A stretch of DNA of 57,988 bases from Chiloscyllium plagiosum (GCF_004010195.1 NC_057745.1:26788231-26846218); one strand, 5' to 3'; shown: positions 25,468 through 39,074, counted from the stretch's first letter. The notes: a model not told the origin generated them from the letters alone. Made by a program: numbers and translations.

Positions 25468-26234
25468 NNNNNNNNNNNNNNNNNNNNNNNNNNNNNNNNN
25501 NNNNNNNNNNNNNNNNNNNNNNNNNNNNNNNNNNNNNNNNNNNNNNNNNNNNNNNNNNNNNNNNNNNNNNNNNNNNNNNNNNNNNNNNNNNNNNNNNNNN
25601 NNNNNNNNNNNNNNNNNNNNNNNNNNNNNNNNNNNNNNNNNNNNNNNNNNNNNNNNNNNNNNNNNNNNNNNNNNNNNNNNNNNNNNNNNNNNNNNNNNNN
25701 NNNNNNNNNNNNNNNNNNNNNNNNNNNNNNNNNNNNNNNNNNNNNNNNNNNNNNNNNNNNNNNNNNNNNNNNNNNNNNNNNNNNNNNNNNNNNNNNNNNN
25801 NNNNNNNNNNNNNNNNNNNNNNNNNNNNNNNNNNNNNNNNNNNNNNNNNNNNNNNNNNNNNNNNNNNNNNNNNNNNNNNNNNNNNNNNNNNNNNNNNNNN
25901 NNNNNNNNNNNNNNNNNNNNNNNNNNNNNNNNNNNNNNNNNNNNNNNNNNNNNNNNNNNNNNNNNNNNNNNNNNNNNNNNNNNNNNNNNNNNNNNNNNNN
26001 NNNNNNNNNNNNNNNNNNNNNNNNNNNNNNNNNNNNNNNNNNNNNNNNNNNNNNNNNNNNNNNNNNNNNNNNNNNNNNNNNNNNNNNNNNNNNNNNNNNN
26101 NNNNNNNNNNNNNNNNNNNNNNNNNNNNNNNNNNNNNNNNNNNNNNNNNNNNNNNNNNNNNNNNNNNNNNNNNNNNNNNNNNNNNNNNNNNNNNNNNNNN
26201 NNNNNNNNNNNNNNNNNNNNNNNNNNNNNNNNNN

Positions 26235-28020
26235 TAATGTTATTGCTGATATCATCTTCTATATAGTTAACATATATTGTAAAAAGCTACGGTCCCAGCA
26301 CGGATCCCTGCGGTACCCCACTGGTTACTGCCTGCCATTCCGAAATGGAGCCGTTTATCACTACCCTTTGTTTCCTATCAGCCAACTAATTTTCAGTCCA
26401 AGTCAGTACGTTGCCCCCAATACCATGCACACTAATTTTGCTCACTATCCTCCTGTGTGGGACTTTATCAAAAGCTTTCTGGAAGTCCAGGTACACTACA
26501 TCTACTGGATCTCCCGCGTCCATATTCAGAGTTACATCCTTTGTTTCCTATCAGCCAACTAATTTTCAGTCCAAGTCAGTACGTTGCCCCCAATACCATG
26601 CACACTAATTTTGCTCACTATCCTCCTGTGTGGGACTTTATCAAAAGCTTTCTGGAAGTCCAGGTACACTACATCTACTGGATCTCCCGCGTCCATATTC
26701 AGAGTTACATCCTCAAGAAATTCAAGAAGATTAGTCAAGCATGATTCCCCCTTCATAAATCCATGCTGACTCTGTCCTATCCTGTTACTACTATCCAGAT
26801 GTGCCGTAATTTCAAGCTTTATAATAGACTCCAGCATCTTTCCCACCACGGAGGCCAGGCTAACTGGTCTATAATTTCCTCCTTTCTTAAAAAGTGGTAT
26901 AACATTAACCACCCTCCAATCCTCAGGAACCGACCCGGAATCTATCGAACTCTGGAAAATAATCCCCAACGCATCTACGATTTCCTGAGCCACCTCCTTC
27001 AGTACCCCGTTATGTAGACCATCAGGCCCCAGAGACTTATCAACCTTCAGACCTAACAGTCTCTTCAACACAAATCCTGGCAAATAGAAATTCCCTTAAG
27101 TTCAGGTCCTTCAGCCACTGTTACGTCAGGGAGATTGCTTGTCTTCCCCAGTGAACACAGATCTGAAGTCCCCATTTAATTCTGCCATTTCTTTGTTCTC
27201 TGGAATATATTCCCCTGTTTCTGTCTTCAAGGGCCCAATTTTAGTCCTAACCATTTTTTTGCCTTGCACATACTTAAAAAAGCTTTTACTATCCTCCTTT
27301 ATATTATTGGCCAGTTTACCTTCGTACCTCATTTTTCCTCTGCGTATTTCCTTCTTCGTAATCCTCTGTTGTTCTTTAAAAGCTTCCCAGTCCTCAGTTT
27401 TCCCACTTATCTTTGCTATGTTATACTTTTTCTCTTTTAACTTTATATGTTTCTTCACTTCCCTCGTCAGCCACGGCCGCCCATGCCTCCTGATGGGATC
27501 TTTCTTCCTTTTAGGAATGAACTGATCCTGCAACTTCTGCATTATACACAGAAATATCCGTCATTGTTTCCTCCACTGTCATCCCTGCTAAGGTATTGCA
27601 CCATTGAACTTTGGCCAGCTCCTCCCTCGTGGCTCCATAGTTCCCTTTATTCAGCAGAAGTACTGTCACTTCCGACTGTACCCTCTCCCTCTCAAATTGC
27701 AGATTGAAGCTTAATGTATTATGGTCACTACTTCCCAATGGCTCCTTCTCTTCGAGGTCACTGACCAATTCTGGTTCGTTACACAATACCAGATCCAGAA
27801 TTGCCTTCTCCCCGGTCGGCTCCAGCACCAGCTGCTCTAAGAATCCATCTCTGAGGCACTCTACAAAGTCTCTTTCCTGAGGTCCAATACCATCCTGATT
27901 CTCCCAGTCTACCTGCATGTTAAAATCCCCCATAACAACTGTAGTAACATCTTTGCGACAGGCCAACTTACATCCGACATCCAGACTACTGTTTGGGGGC
28001 CTGGAGATGACTCCTAGGAG
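26235..28020 (-). mobile_element. Younger CR1 LINE ORF2 (APE endonuclease end through RT) nested in the older CR1
   Basis: VVMGDFN, ILDLVLCN, LGSSDHN; PWLTREVK; GPDGLH..PEDWRVVNVIPLFKKGGNYRPVSL..SQHGF..SCLTNL..VYLDFQKAFDKVPH. Confidence 0.92.
26365..26713. repeat. Tandem duplication of 173 bp inside CR1
   Basis: cctttgtttcctatcagccaac... begins at 26365 and again at 26538. The units look identical. Confidence 0.85.
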
Positions 28021-29954
28021 GGTCTTTTGAAATCGTATGGAAGTGTACAATGTCAAGAAAGGTATGGATGGGATGAATGTGCTCAGTCTTTTTCCCAGGG
28101 TTGAGGAGTCAAGGACTAGAGGGCACCAGTTTAAGGTTAGAGGGAAGAGAATGAAAGGGAATTGAGGGGCAATGATTTCACACAGAGGGAGGTCCGCATA
28201 TGGAATAAGAAGCCAGCAGAGGTGGTTGAGGCAGGTACATAAACAACGTTCAAAGTGCATTTGGACAAATTCATGGATAGGAATGGATTTGAAGGCTGTG
28301 GACCATGTACAGGGAAATGGGGTTCGTGGGGATGGACATTTTCATAGGCAAGGACCAATTTGCCAAGGGGAGGAGGTTCCACAATTTCCCCACCCTCAAT
28401 GATGGGGGAACCCAGCACAAAGGATAAGGCTGAAGCATTTGCAACGACCTGCAGCCAGTAATCTCCAAAGGGACAATCGATTGTAGTCCCCAGCATCACT
28501 GATACCTGTCTTCAGTCAGTACTATTGACTCTACGTGACAGAGAAACAGCTGCAGATATTGGATACTGTGAAGCCAATGCACCCTGACTAACATTGTGGG
28601 AATAAGGTGAAAGAGCTGTGATCCTGAACATGCCGTGTCCCTATCCATTCTGTTCCAGTACAGATACAACTGCAGCATCTACCTGGAAATGGAGATAATT
28701 AACCAGTCGTGTCCTGTTGACAAAAAGTGCCAATTCCTCCCCTATCAATCCACTCTCAATCACAAGTGGAGGGATGTAAGCTATTGTCAATAGTGTTATC
28801 AAGGCACATGTCCTCCACACTAACCTGTTCACTGATGCTCAGTCTGTGTTCCACCTCCTGATCTCAGTACAGCTTGGTCCAAATGAGTAAAAGAGCTGAA
28901 CTTAAGAGGGGAAGTGAGGGTGACTGTTTTAAGACTAAGGCAGAACTTAATTGAACAATTTACCAAGGAGTCCTCAGAAAATTGGGCTCAATGGGATTAG
29001 AAAAATCTCTTTGCTGGTTGGAGTCATGTCCTGCTCAAAGAAAGATGGTTCTGGTTATCTCTTAGACACAACCATGTCAACTGCTCCATCAAAGACCTTC
29101 CCTCCATCAGAATGTCAGAAGTGGGGATGTTTGCTCATGATTGCCTAATGTTCAGCCCCATTGACAACGTCATAGATACTGAAACAGTCCCTGTTCAAAT
29201 GCAACAAGACCTGAACAACATTCGCATTCAGAACACACAACTGTCAGGCAATGACCGTCTCCAACAAGGGCAAATCTCACTATCACACCATGACAGTCTC
29301 TATGACATTCCCATTGCTCAATCCCTCACTATTAAACATCCTGTGGCTTCTCTGTCTCGGCTGGGATTTGTTGCCTGTCCCTAATTGCCCTTGATTTGGT
29401 TGGTTTGCTCAGCTATTTCAGAATCAGCGATATTGCTGTGGGTCTGGAGTCACATTTAGGCCAGACCAGGTCAAGATGGTAGATTCCCTTCCCTAATGGG
29501 AATTGTGAATGATAAAAGATTAGTTTCACAGTCACAATTACTAAGAGTAGATATTCGCAAAAAAGATAGAACACAAAAATCGCTCAGTGACTACAATGAG
29601 ATTTGAGAATTTTAGCCTCCAGCCTCAGATGATTAACCTGACTCACTGAATTCCTGTCTCAGTAACACTACCATTATGCCATTTGTTCCACCCACCTGTA
29701 GACAGAAGCCTGAGCCTGAGACAGATGGCTCAGTGATAGGCATCAGTGTCAAGGAATCAGGAGTTTAATTAACATCGAATCCCTGCAGTGTGGAAACAGG
29801 CCGTTCAGTCCAACAAGTCCACACTGACCCACTGAAAAGTAAGCCACCCAGACCCATCCCCTTACTCCACATTTACCCCTGACTAATGCACCTAACCTAA
29901 TCATCCCTGAACACAATGGTCCATTTAGGATTGCCAGTTAACTTAACCTGCACA

Positions 29955-32720
29955 TAGAATCATAGAGATGTACAGCACGGAAACAGATCCTTCGGTCCAA
30001 CCCGTCCATGCTGACCAGATATCCCAACCCAATCTAGTCCCACCTGCCAGCACCCAGCCCATATCCCTCCAAACCCTTCCTATTCATATACCCATCCAAA
30101 TGCCTCTTAAATGTTGTAATTGTACCAGCCTCCACCACTTCCTCTGGAGACAGGCAGGAGGCTGGGGGAACAGAACAAGGCAGGCAGCATCAGGAGGGAC
30201 AGGCAGGAGGCTGGAGGAACACAGCAAGGCAGGCAGCATCAGGAGGGACAGGCNNNNNNNNNNNNNNNNNNNNNNNNNNNNNNNNNNNNNNNNNNNNNNN
30301 NNNNNNNNNNNNNNNNNNNNNNNNNNNNNNNNNNNNNNNNNNNNNNNNNNNNNNNNNNNNNNNNNNNNNNNNNNNNNNNNNNNNNNNNNNNNNNNNNNNN
30401 NNNNNNNNNNNNNNNNNNNNNNNNNNNNNNNNNNNNNNNNNNNNNNNNNNNNNNNNNNNNNNNNNNNNNNNNNNNNNNNNNNNNNNNNNNNNNNNNNNNN
30501 NNNNNNNNNNNNNNNNNNNNNNNNNNNNNNNNNNNNNNNNNNNNNNNNNNNNNNNNNNNNNNNNNNNNNNNNNNNNNNNNNNNNNNNNNNNNNNNNNNNN
30601 NNNNNNNNNNNNNNNNNNNNNNNNNNNNNNNNNNNNNNNNNNNNNNNNNNNNNNNNNNNNNNNNNNNNNNNNNNNNNNNNNNNNNNNNNNNNNNNNNNNN
30701 NNNNNNNNNNNNNNNNNNNNNNNNNNNNNNNNNNNNNNNNNNNNNNNCCCATTGGCCCATCTGATCAAGATCCTGTTGTAATCTGAGGTAACCCTCTTTG
30801 CTGTCCACTACACCTCCAATTTTGGTGTCATCTGCAAACTTACTAACTATACCTCGTATGCTCACATTCAAATCATTTATATAAAAGTGACAAAAAAAAT
30901 AGAGGACCCACCACCGATCCTTGTGGCATTCCACTGGTCACAGGCCTCCAGTCTGAAAAACAACCCTCCACCACCCTCTGTCTTCTCCCTTTGAGCCAGT
31001 TCTGTATCCAAATGGCGAGTTCTCCCTGCATTCCATGAGATCTAACTTTGCTAACTAGTCTCCCATGGGGAGTCTTGTTGAACACCTCACTGAAGTCCAT
31101 CTCTATCACCATCTACTGCTCTGCCCTCATCAATCCTCTTTGTTACTTCTTCAAAAAACTCAATCAAGTTTGTGGGACATGATTTCCCACGCACAAAGCC
31201 ATGTTGACTATCCCGAATCAGTCCTTGCTTTTCCAAATACATGTACGTCCTGTCCCTTAGGATTCCCTCCAACAACTTGCCCACCACCGAGGTCAGGCTC
31301 ACTGGTCTATAGGTCCTTGGCTTGTCCTTACCACCCTTAAACAGTGGCACCACGATAGCCAACCTTCAGTCTTCCAGCAACTCACCTGTGACTATTGAGG
31401 TTACAAGGTGTCCAGCAACCGCTTTCTTATCTTCCCTCAAAATTCTGGGGAATACCTGATCAGGTCCTGGTGATTTATCCATTTCAAGACATCCAGCACA
31501 TCTTCCTCTGTAATATGGACGTTTTTCAAGATGTCACCATCCATTTCCCTACATTCTATATCATCCAAGTCCTTTTCCACAGTAAATACTGATGCAAAAT
31601 ATTCGTTTAGTATCTCCCCGGTCTCCTGCGGCTCCACACTAAGGTCGCCTTGCTGTACTTTGAGGGGCCAGTTCTCTCCCTAGTTACCCTTTTGTCCTTA
31701 ATATATTTGTAAAAACCATTTGGATTCTCCTTAATTCTATTTGCCAAAGCTAGTTCATGTCCCCTTTTTGCCCTCCTGATTTCTCTCAAGTATATTCCTA
31801 TCACCTTTATACTCTTCTAAGGAGTAATTGATCTATCCTGTCTATTTCTGACATAAGCTTCCTTATTTTTCTGAACCAAACCCTCAATTTCTTTAGTCAT
31901 CCAGCATTCCCTACACCTACCAGCCTTCCCTTTCACCCTGACTGGAATATACTTTCTCTGGATTCTCGATATCTCATTTCTGAAGGCTTCCCATTTTCCA
32001 GCCATCCCTTTACCTGCAAACATCTGCTCCCAATCGGCTTTTGAAAGTTCTTGCCTAATACTGTCAAAATTGGCCTATCTCCAATTCAGAACTTCAACAT
32101 TTAGATATGGTCTATCCTTTTCCATCACTATTAAAAAATTAATAGAATTATGGTCGCTGGCCCCAAAATGCTCCCGCACCTGCCCTGCCTTATTTCCCAA
32201 GAGTCGTCAAGCTTAGCAACCTCGAGTAGGTTCATCTGCATAATGAATCAACAAATTTTCTTGTACACACTTCACAAATTCCTCTCCATCTAAACCCTTA
32301 ACACTATGACAGTCTCAGTCTATGTTTGGCAAGTTAAAATCCCCTACCATAACTACCCTATTATTCTTACAGATAACTCAGATCTCCTTACAAGTTTGTT
32401 TCTCAATTTCCCTCTGACTATTGGGAGGGTCTATAATACAATCCCAATGAGGTGATCATCCCTTTCTTATTTCTCAGTTCAACCCAAAAAACTTCCCTGG
32501 ATGTATTCCCAAGAATACCCTCCCAGAGTACAGCTGCAACGATATCCCTCATCAAAAACATCACTCCCCCTCCTCTCTTGCCTCCCTTCCTGTCACGTTT
32601 GTATTGTGGAACTTCAAGCTGCCAGTCCAGTCTATCATTGACGCAGGTTTCTGTAATTGCTATGGTATCCCAGTCACATGTTCCTAACCACACCCTGAGT
32701 TCATCTGCTTTCCTGTTAGT
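29955..32720 (-). mobile_element. CR1/HER1-like LINE (endonuclease-RT-3' tail) inserted into an HE1-like SINE, gapped
   Basis: DTIAITET..RDRKGGKRGGGV..GLYYRP; YRPVSLTSVVGK..SQHGF; SKFADDTKIGG; 3' tail ..ctctatgattctatg at 29955. SINE halves lie at ~29775-29954 and ~32725-32852. Confidence 0.88.
30146..30253. repeat. 49-bp minisatellite running into a gap
   Basis: caggcaggaggctgg.ggaaca..caaggcaggcagcatcaggaggga recurs at 30151, 30200 and 30249. Confidence 0.8.
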
Positions 32721-35120
32721 TGTTGTATTGTGGGAGGAAACCCACTCAGATGGAGGGAGAACTCCACACAGATCATTGGCCAATGCTGGGATCGAACCCA
32801 GGTCCCTGGTGCGATGATGCAGTAATGCTAACCACTGCACTGCTATGCTGCCAGCGAGAATGCAAGAGAAATCTTCGCAGAGTGTGTGGAAACACAGTTC
32901 ATGTTTTGTGTTGAAATGGAGATAATTAACCAGTAGTGTCCTGTTGACAAAAAGTGAGATAAATCCAACCTTGCCAATTCCTCCCCCACCAACCCACTCT
33001 CAATCACAAGTGAAGTGATGGAAGGTTTTGTCAACAGTGTTATCAAGGCACATGTCCTCCACACTAACCTGTTCACTGATGTTCAGTCTGTGTTCCACCA
33101 GGGCTACCCAGCTCCTGATCTCAGTACAGATTGGTCCAAATGAGTAAAAGAGCTGAACTTAAGAGGGGAAGTGAGGGTGACTGTTTTAAGACCAAGGCAG
33201 AATTTGATTGCACAATTTACCAAGGAGTCCTCAGAAAATTGGACGCAGTGGGATTAGAAAATACCTCTTTGCTGGTTGGAGTCATGCCCAGCACAAAGAA
33301 AGATGGTTCTGGTTATCAATGTTCAATCACCACATTCTCAGGACATCTCTGCCAGAGTTCCTCAAGGTACTCACTTAGACACAACCATGTCAACTGCTGC
33401 ATCGAAGACCTTCCCTCCATCAGAATGTCATGAGTGGGGATGTTTGTTTATGATTACCCAATATTCAGCCCCAATGACAACATCACAGATACTGAAACAG
33501 TCTCTGTTCAAGTACAGCAAGACCTGAACAACATTCACATTCAGAACACACAACTGTCAGGCAATGACTGTCTGAAACAAGGGAAAATCTCACTATCACA
33601 CCATGACAGTCTCCATGACATTCCCATTGCTCAATCCCTCACTATTAACATCCTGTGGCTTCTCTGTCTTGGCTGGGAGTTGTTGCCAGTCCTTAATTTA
33701 TTTGGTTTGCTCAGCTGTTTACTACATCAAGTCAAGATGGTAGATTTCCTTCCCTGATGGGAATTGTGAACGAGATGGGCGCTTATAAAAGATTAGCTTC
33801 ACAGTCACTATTACCGAGAGTAGATATTGCAACCACCTGAGGACAGAAGCCTAATCCTCAGACAGATGGCTCAGCGATAGCCATTAGTGTCAAAGAATCC
33901 TAAGTTTAATTAATATAGAAACCCATCAGTGTGGAAACAGTCCATTCAACCCAACAAGTCCACACTGACCCTCTGAAAGGTAAGCCACCCAGACCTTTAT
34001 TCGACAAAGACGACTGACGCTCCACCTAACCTCTACATGAAAAACTATGGTCAATTTGGCTTAGCCAGCTCATCTAACCTGCACATCTTTGGACTGTGGG
34101 ACGAAACCCACACAGACACAGGGAGAACTCCACGGAGATAATTGCCCAAGGATCAAACCCAGGTCCCAGGGGCTGTGAAGGAGCAGTGCAAACCACTGTG
34201 GCATTATGCTGCCCAAGAGAGTGTAGGAAAAATCTCAGTAGAGTCTGGAGAGATAGTTCATGTTTATGATGGATGTGACTCTTGAAAGGTTAGCAGTGTC
34301 TGTCCACCGATGCAGCCAGACAACCTGAGTTTTCCCAGCATTCTGTGGTTTCAGATTTCCAGCCTGTGCAGTATTTTGCTTTTAGTCCTGAGTGTAGGTT
34401 CCTTCCAGAGTCTTCAGCCTGTGCCAATGCTATGGTTTTAAGAATTATATTTTGTCCTGGTTGGATGGAGAGAGTCTTTGAGGCAAAAGCAGGGAACTAC
34501 CTGTGGAAAACCAGGAAACACCTTTCAGCTGTTGCTGCTTCGGCCTTGACGTGGCAAATATTTTCTCCACTCCCCTCAGTCACAAAATCCAGGGTGGGGC
34601 AGGGGGGGGAAGAGGATACTCTTCCTGCTGTTGAGTTGCAGGAGACAATGTTTTGAGAGTTTGCCTCTCAGAGGAGGGTGGGGGGTGTTTATTGGAACAG
34701 ACTATATTGCACCAGGAAGAGAGGGAGGACTGCAGGTGTGGAGGTCAGTCAAAATATTGTGCTGGAAGAGCATAACTGCTCAGGCAGTATCTGAGGAACA
34801 GGAGAGTCAACATTTCAAGCATAAGCTTGGCATCAGGAATGTGGGAGGGGTATCCAAGGGGAAGGGCTTGGACCAGGGTGAAAAGTAACTGGGAATACGG
34901 GAGTTAGGAGGGATGGTGTTAGTGATACATCCAAGGTGGTCTAAACTGCTCACTGGAAGCAGCAAATATCTGCCATAACCCAATCATTCAGGAAACTCAG
35001 TTCATGGATTGGAGAGGCTAAACCTAGAGATTGTACCCAGGAATAGTTTGAAGGAAGGATGCAGAAACTAAACCAACTCGAGACAGAGGACATGAATCAC
35101 TGCTTTATTGACTATTCCAA

Positions 35121-38100
35121 TCACCAGTTGAAGGGTGTTTGCTTGTGTCTCCTGTACAGGAACAAGGCCAGTGAAGCAGAGATCAGACAGACAGCTGTCA
35201 CAGTCAAGACCACTATCACAACCAGCTCTGACTCCACACCTACAAAACAAGGAGAAACCAATCGTTACAGAGGGAAAACAGGGACAGAAAGGGAAACTAG
35301 CAGGCAGCCAACTCACCGCTTGGAGACCTCTCCTGCATACTTCCGTCACCCTCAGTCAGGGGCTGAGTTGCCAGGTTGTTCAGCTCAGTATCCAGAATGA
35401 TCAGGGGGCCAAGTGAGGCCTCCCCCTCCCACTTCAATCCAGCTTCACTCTCTGCAACATCAAACATTCCAGTCTGAGAGGGGGGAGTGGGGTGGGGATC
35501 CCCAACATCTAGAGGGTCAATGTCCTACCAGCTTCAGGGCCAAGGTCTCTCCTTCCTCTGAAAGGGAACAGCATCTCCCTTGTGCTCCCACAATTCCCCA
35601 CATGACAACAGGCACAAATGTCACTGTCTGACTCCTCCAATGGGGTCCAGCTAAACAAGAGAAACAGCCCATCAAACACATGATGCATCACCTCTCCCAA
35701 CAACATCCCTGAGGGACAGGGAGAGGGAACTTACATATTCTGCAGCTTCTGGAAAGTACAAGCTTTGTTCCTGGAATCTCCCTGATGCACTGCAGCAACT
35801 CTCAGGTAACAGGTGATGAACATCTGAGGGACACAGAACAAGTCAGTGTTTAGTGACTCCCTCCCCAGGGTGGAGAAGCACATCAGCAGCTTCCTCTTAC
35901 CAAGGATCGCACATCGCCATAGAAACGGAAGGCATCCAGGTCAAACCGGAGCTTGTCCGGCTCCCGCCCGTCTCTCGGCAACACAAAGGTTGAAAAGGAG
36001 TCCTCAGCTTTGCTGTCCAGGAGGCAACTGCAGATGGACAAAGGGCCATGAAGTGAATGGAGTGAAGCCATTGAGATGGGAGCAGCTGGAGAAAGCAGAG
36101 AGCTCCTTACCCCAAGGTCTCTCCTTCCTCTGGAGGGGGATCAGGATCTCCCTTGTGCTCCCACAGTTCCCCACATGGCAACAGGCACAAATGTCACTGT
36201 CTGACTCCTCCAATGGTGTCCAGCTAAACAAGAGAAACAGCCCATCAACCACATGGTGCATCACCTCTCCCAACAACAACATCCCTGAGGGACAGGGAGA
36301 GGGAACTTACATATTCTGCAGCTTCTGGAAAGTACAAGCCTTGTTCCTGGAATCTCCCTGATCCACTGCAGCAACTCTCAGGTGACAGGTGATGAACATC
36401 TGAGGGACACAGAACGAGTCAGTGTTTAGTGACTCCCTCCCCATTGTGGAGAATCACATCAGCAGCTTCCTCTTACCAAAGATCGCTCATCACCATAGAA
36501 ACGGAAGGCATCCAGGTCAAACCGGAGCTTGTCCGGCTCCTGCACGTCTCTCGGCAACACAAAGGTTGAAAAGGAGTCCTCAGCTTTGCTGTCCAGGAGG
36601 CAACTGCAGATGGACAAAGGGCCATGAAGTGAATGGAGTGAAGTCATTGAGATGGGAGCAGCTGGAGAAAGCAGAGAGCTCCTTACCCATTGTAGTCAAT
36701 GATGCTGTATCTCGGGGTGGTGTCCTTGTCTGGGCTCAGTGTAGCTACACAGCGATCAATGTACAGCTTCAGGGGCACATGGTTGGCCATTGAAACAGAT
36801 GCCTCAATGTGAATGAGGTCTCCCAGGAAGTAGACAGTGGAAGTGCGCTCTGTCAGCCAGTCACCTGAAGTACAGCAAGTCAAGGGTTGGAGCCAATGGG
36901 TACAACTCCCAGAGAGAGACACCAGGAGATCCCTCCCCAGCCACCCATCACATACCATTCATTAGACGCAGGGAGAATGACAGATGCCCTTCTCCAGACC
37001 TGGTGGAGCTGAATGGGATCCAGGTGGGTTTGATGGGATTGCTGCTCACATTGCCCTTCCTGGGGAAAGGAGACGGGGCAGCCATTTTAGGACAGTGTCA
37101 GACAATAGCAGCAGGGGATCATAGGGCTTGATGGGATTGCTGCTCACATTGCCCTTCCTGGGGGAAGGAGACAGGGCAGCCATTTTAGGACAGTGTTAGA
37201 CAACAACAGCAGGGGATCATATTGACAATTGATTAAAGATTCTCACCTCAAATAACGACATTCAATGGGAACAACAGCACCATTGGTTCTCACAATGGCA
37301 GATCCAGGATAGTTTGGGATGTGGGTCAGGTGGGTTGTGTAGATCAGGAAATCTTCAGTCATCTGAAAGACACCAGGTTAAAGAATGAGAGGCTGATCTG
37401 AAATGGTAAGGATCTACAGTGTTTACAATGAGACTGTCCCATTGTGACAATTATTTAGTGAGCGTGACAGGCCCAGGAGATTGCTTTCCCACACCAAGCT
37501 GGAGAGACCAGTATTCAAGGGCAAAAGGTCAGGGGGTTAGTCATTTAGGATCAACTTAATGTTTCTGGTTTCCTCCCATCATTCCAAAAATCAGGATGGA
37601 ATTCCTGATGCACATGTTGGTTAAAATGATGTGTTGGGCTCCCAGGCAGAGTTAGATATAAATATTGATGGAACAGGGACATGGTGGTTAGCACTGCTGC
37701 CTCAAAGCGCCAGAGACCCAGGTTCAATTCCCACCTCATGCGACTGACGAGTTTGCACATTCTCCCAGTGTCTGTGTGAGTTTCCTCCGGCTGCTCTGGT
37801 TTCCTCCCACAATCCCAAAAATGTGTAGCTTAGGTGAATTGGCCATGCTAAATTGCCCATTGTGTTAGGTGACAGGGTAAGTGCAGGGGAACGGGTCTGG
37901 GTGGGTCACCTTTCAACATGGACTTGTTGGGCCGAAGGGCCTGTTTCCACACTATGTAAATCTAATTTTAAAAAAAAAAGGTGATTGTTAACACAGGAAC
38001 AAGGCTGCAGGGATCGTTCCAACATCAACTCTCTATGTTCTCAGGAAACCTCCAGATTGTGAGCAGAGATTGCTAGCAGAATACCAAGAGATTAATAGCA

Positions 38101-39074
38101 AGAAGACAGAAGAGTAGAGGAAACAACAACTAACTAGTATTAAATAAAAGACTTTTACCAACAGGTCAAATGTAGAGCTCCTCAAGGAGGAGAGTCAATT
38201 TATTCATAAAATAGCCCCCAGTGGAAGGGAATCAAGTCAATTTGTCTTATTGGTATGGAACTACTTTCCCTCAAACTAGCCACAGGCCATGCTGCGTTCA
38301 GTTATGTTCCTGTGACCTCCCTATTGAGAAAAGAATCACTGTCAAAAACCACACTTTAGAAGGTCACTGAACCAAATTTGGAGAAAGTTCATAGTATCAA
38401 AACACCACCCACATATCACCACATGATATGTACTTCATACTGAAAACATACATTGTAACAGAACCACCCCTGTAATCAGGGGATTCTAAACCAATGAGAA
38501 TGCGAGCACAAGGCTCGAGATAGAGAACAGTTCAGGCACAGACAATCCAGGAGAAGAACCTGGACTGAGGATTTGAGAAAGCAGGAGAATGGTCCTTCTC
38601 AAGATCAACGATCTCTCAGCCAGGAACCTTCTGCAGCCCAAACTTCCAGCAAGTGTAGACAACCCCCATTACCTGCAATCTGCTACCGCACTCATGCAGT
38701 CCATAGTTAAAGAGGACAGTATGGTTCTCAGGGTAGACCATGGTTGGCCAACAACCTGCTGTCCCCAGGGTCAGGTCAGCAGCTTTAATCAGGTGCCTGG
38801 TTCCAAATAGATCCAGCTGGGCCCTGACCAGCAGGTTGTGCTCTCCACACTGTACCATCACAGTCTGCAGTGGGGACACACTCCCAACCTCAGACATTCG
38901 GAAACGAGAACCAATAGGATCCCCATGAGGAGGCACTCTCTCAGGAACAGGGCTGGCTCTCACTATTGTCCATGGAAACCTCTGGCTCAGAAACTGTTGC
39001 CATGTTTCAGAGCAACAAACAGCTCCAACTAACACCAACAAAGGGAACAAACCCCTCACTACACAATCACCCAT
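35121..39074 (-). CDS. zp3: ZP3-like copy 4: complete exon set plus internal duplications; functional status uncertain
   Basis: Exon 1 is 39074-38673, exon 2 37362-37247, exon 3 37059-36956, and exon 4 ends at 36687. Exons 5-7 are present twice. Exon 8 is 35451-35317 and exon 9 is 35239-35121 (in-frame 3-nt deletion). The TATA at 39120-39126 is intact. The extra exon 5-6-7' block and a 98-bp duplicated exon 3 acceptor are both out of frame if used. Confidence 0.7.
35541..36688. repeat. Intragenic tandem duplication (~575-bp unit: intron 4 through most of exon 7)
   Basis: The junction ccttacc|ccaaggtctctcc at ~36111 fuses exon 7 to the exon 4 donor. The two donors are 576 bp apart (36111 and 36687). 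Confidence 0.9.
37026..37221. repeat. 98-bp tandem duplication spanning the intron 2/exon 3 boundary of copy 4
   Basis: ggg(t/c)ttgatgggattgctgctcacattgcccttcctgg...ggggatcata at 37026-37123 and 37124-37221. Confidence 0.9.

Noticed and set aside
26365-26713. 173-bp exact duplication considered as a functional element
   Set aside because: It lies inside a dead LINE close to a gap, so it is a neutral duplication or an assembly error.
30146-30253. Short regular repeats considered as CRISPR-like
   Set aside because: There are no unique spacers and no cas genes, and the context is vertebrate.
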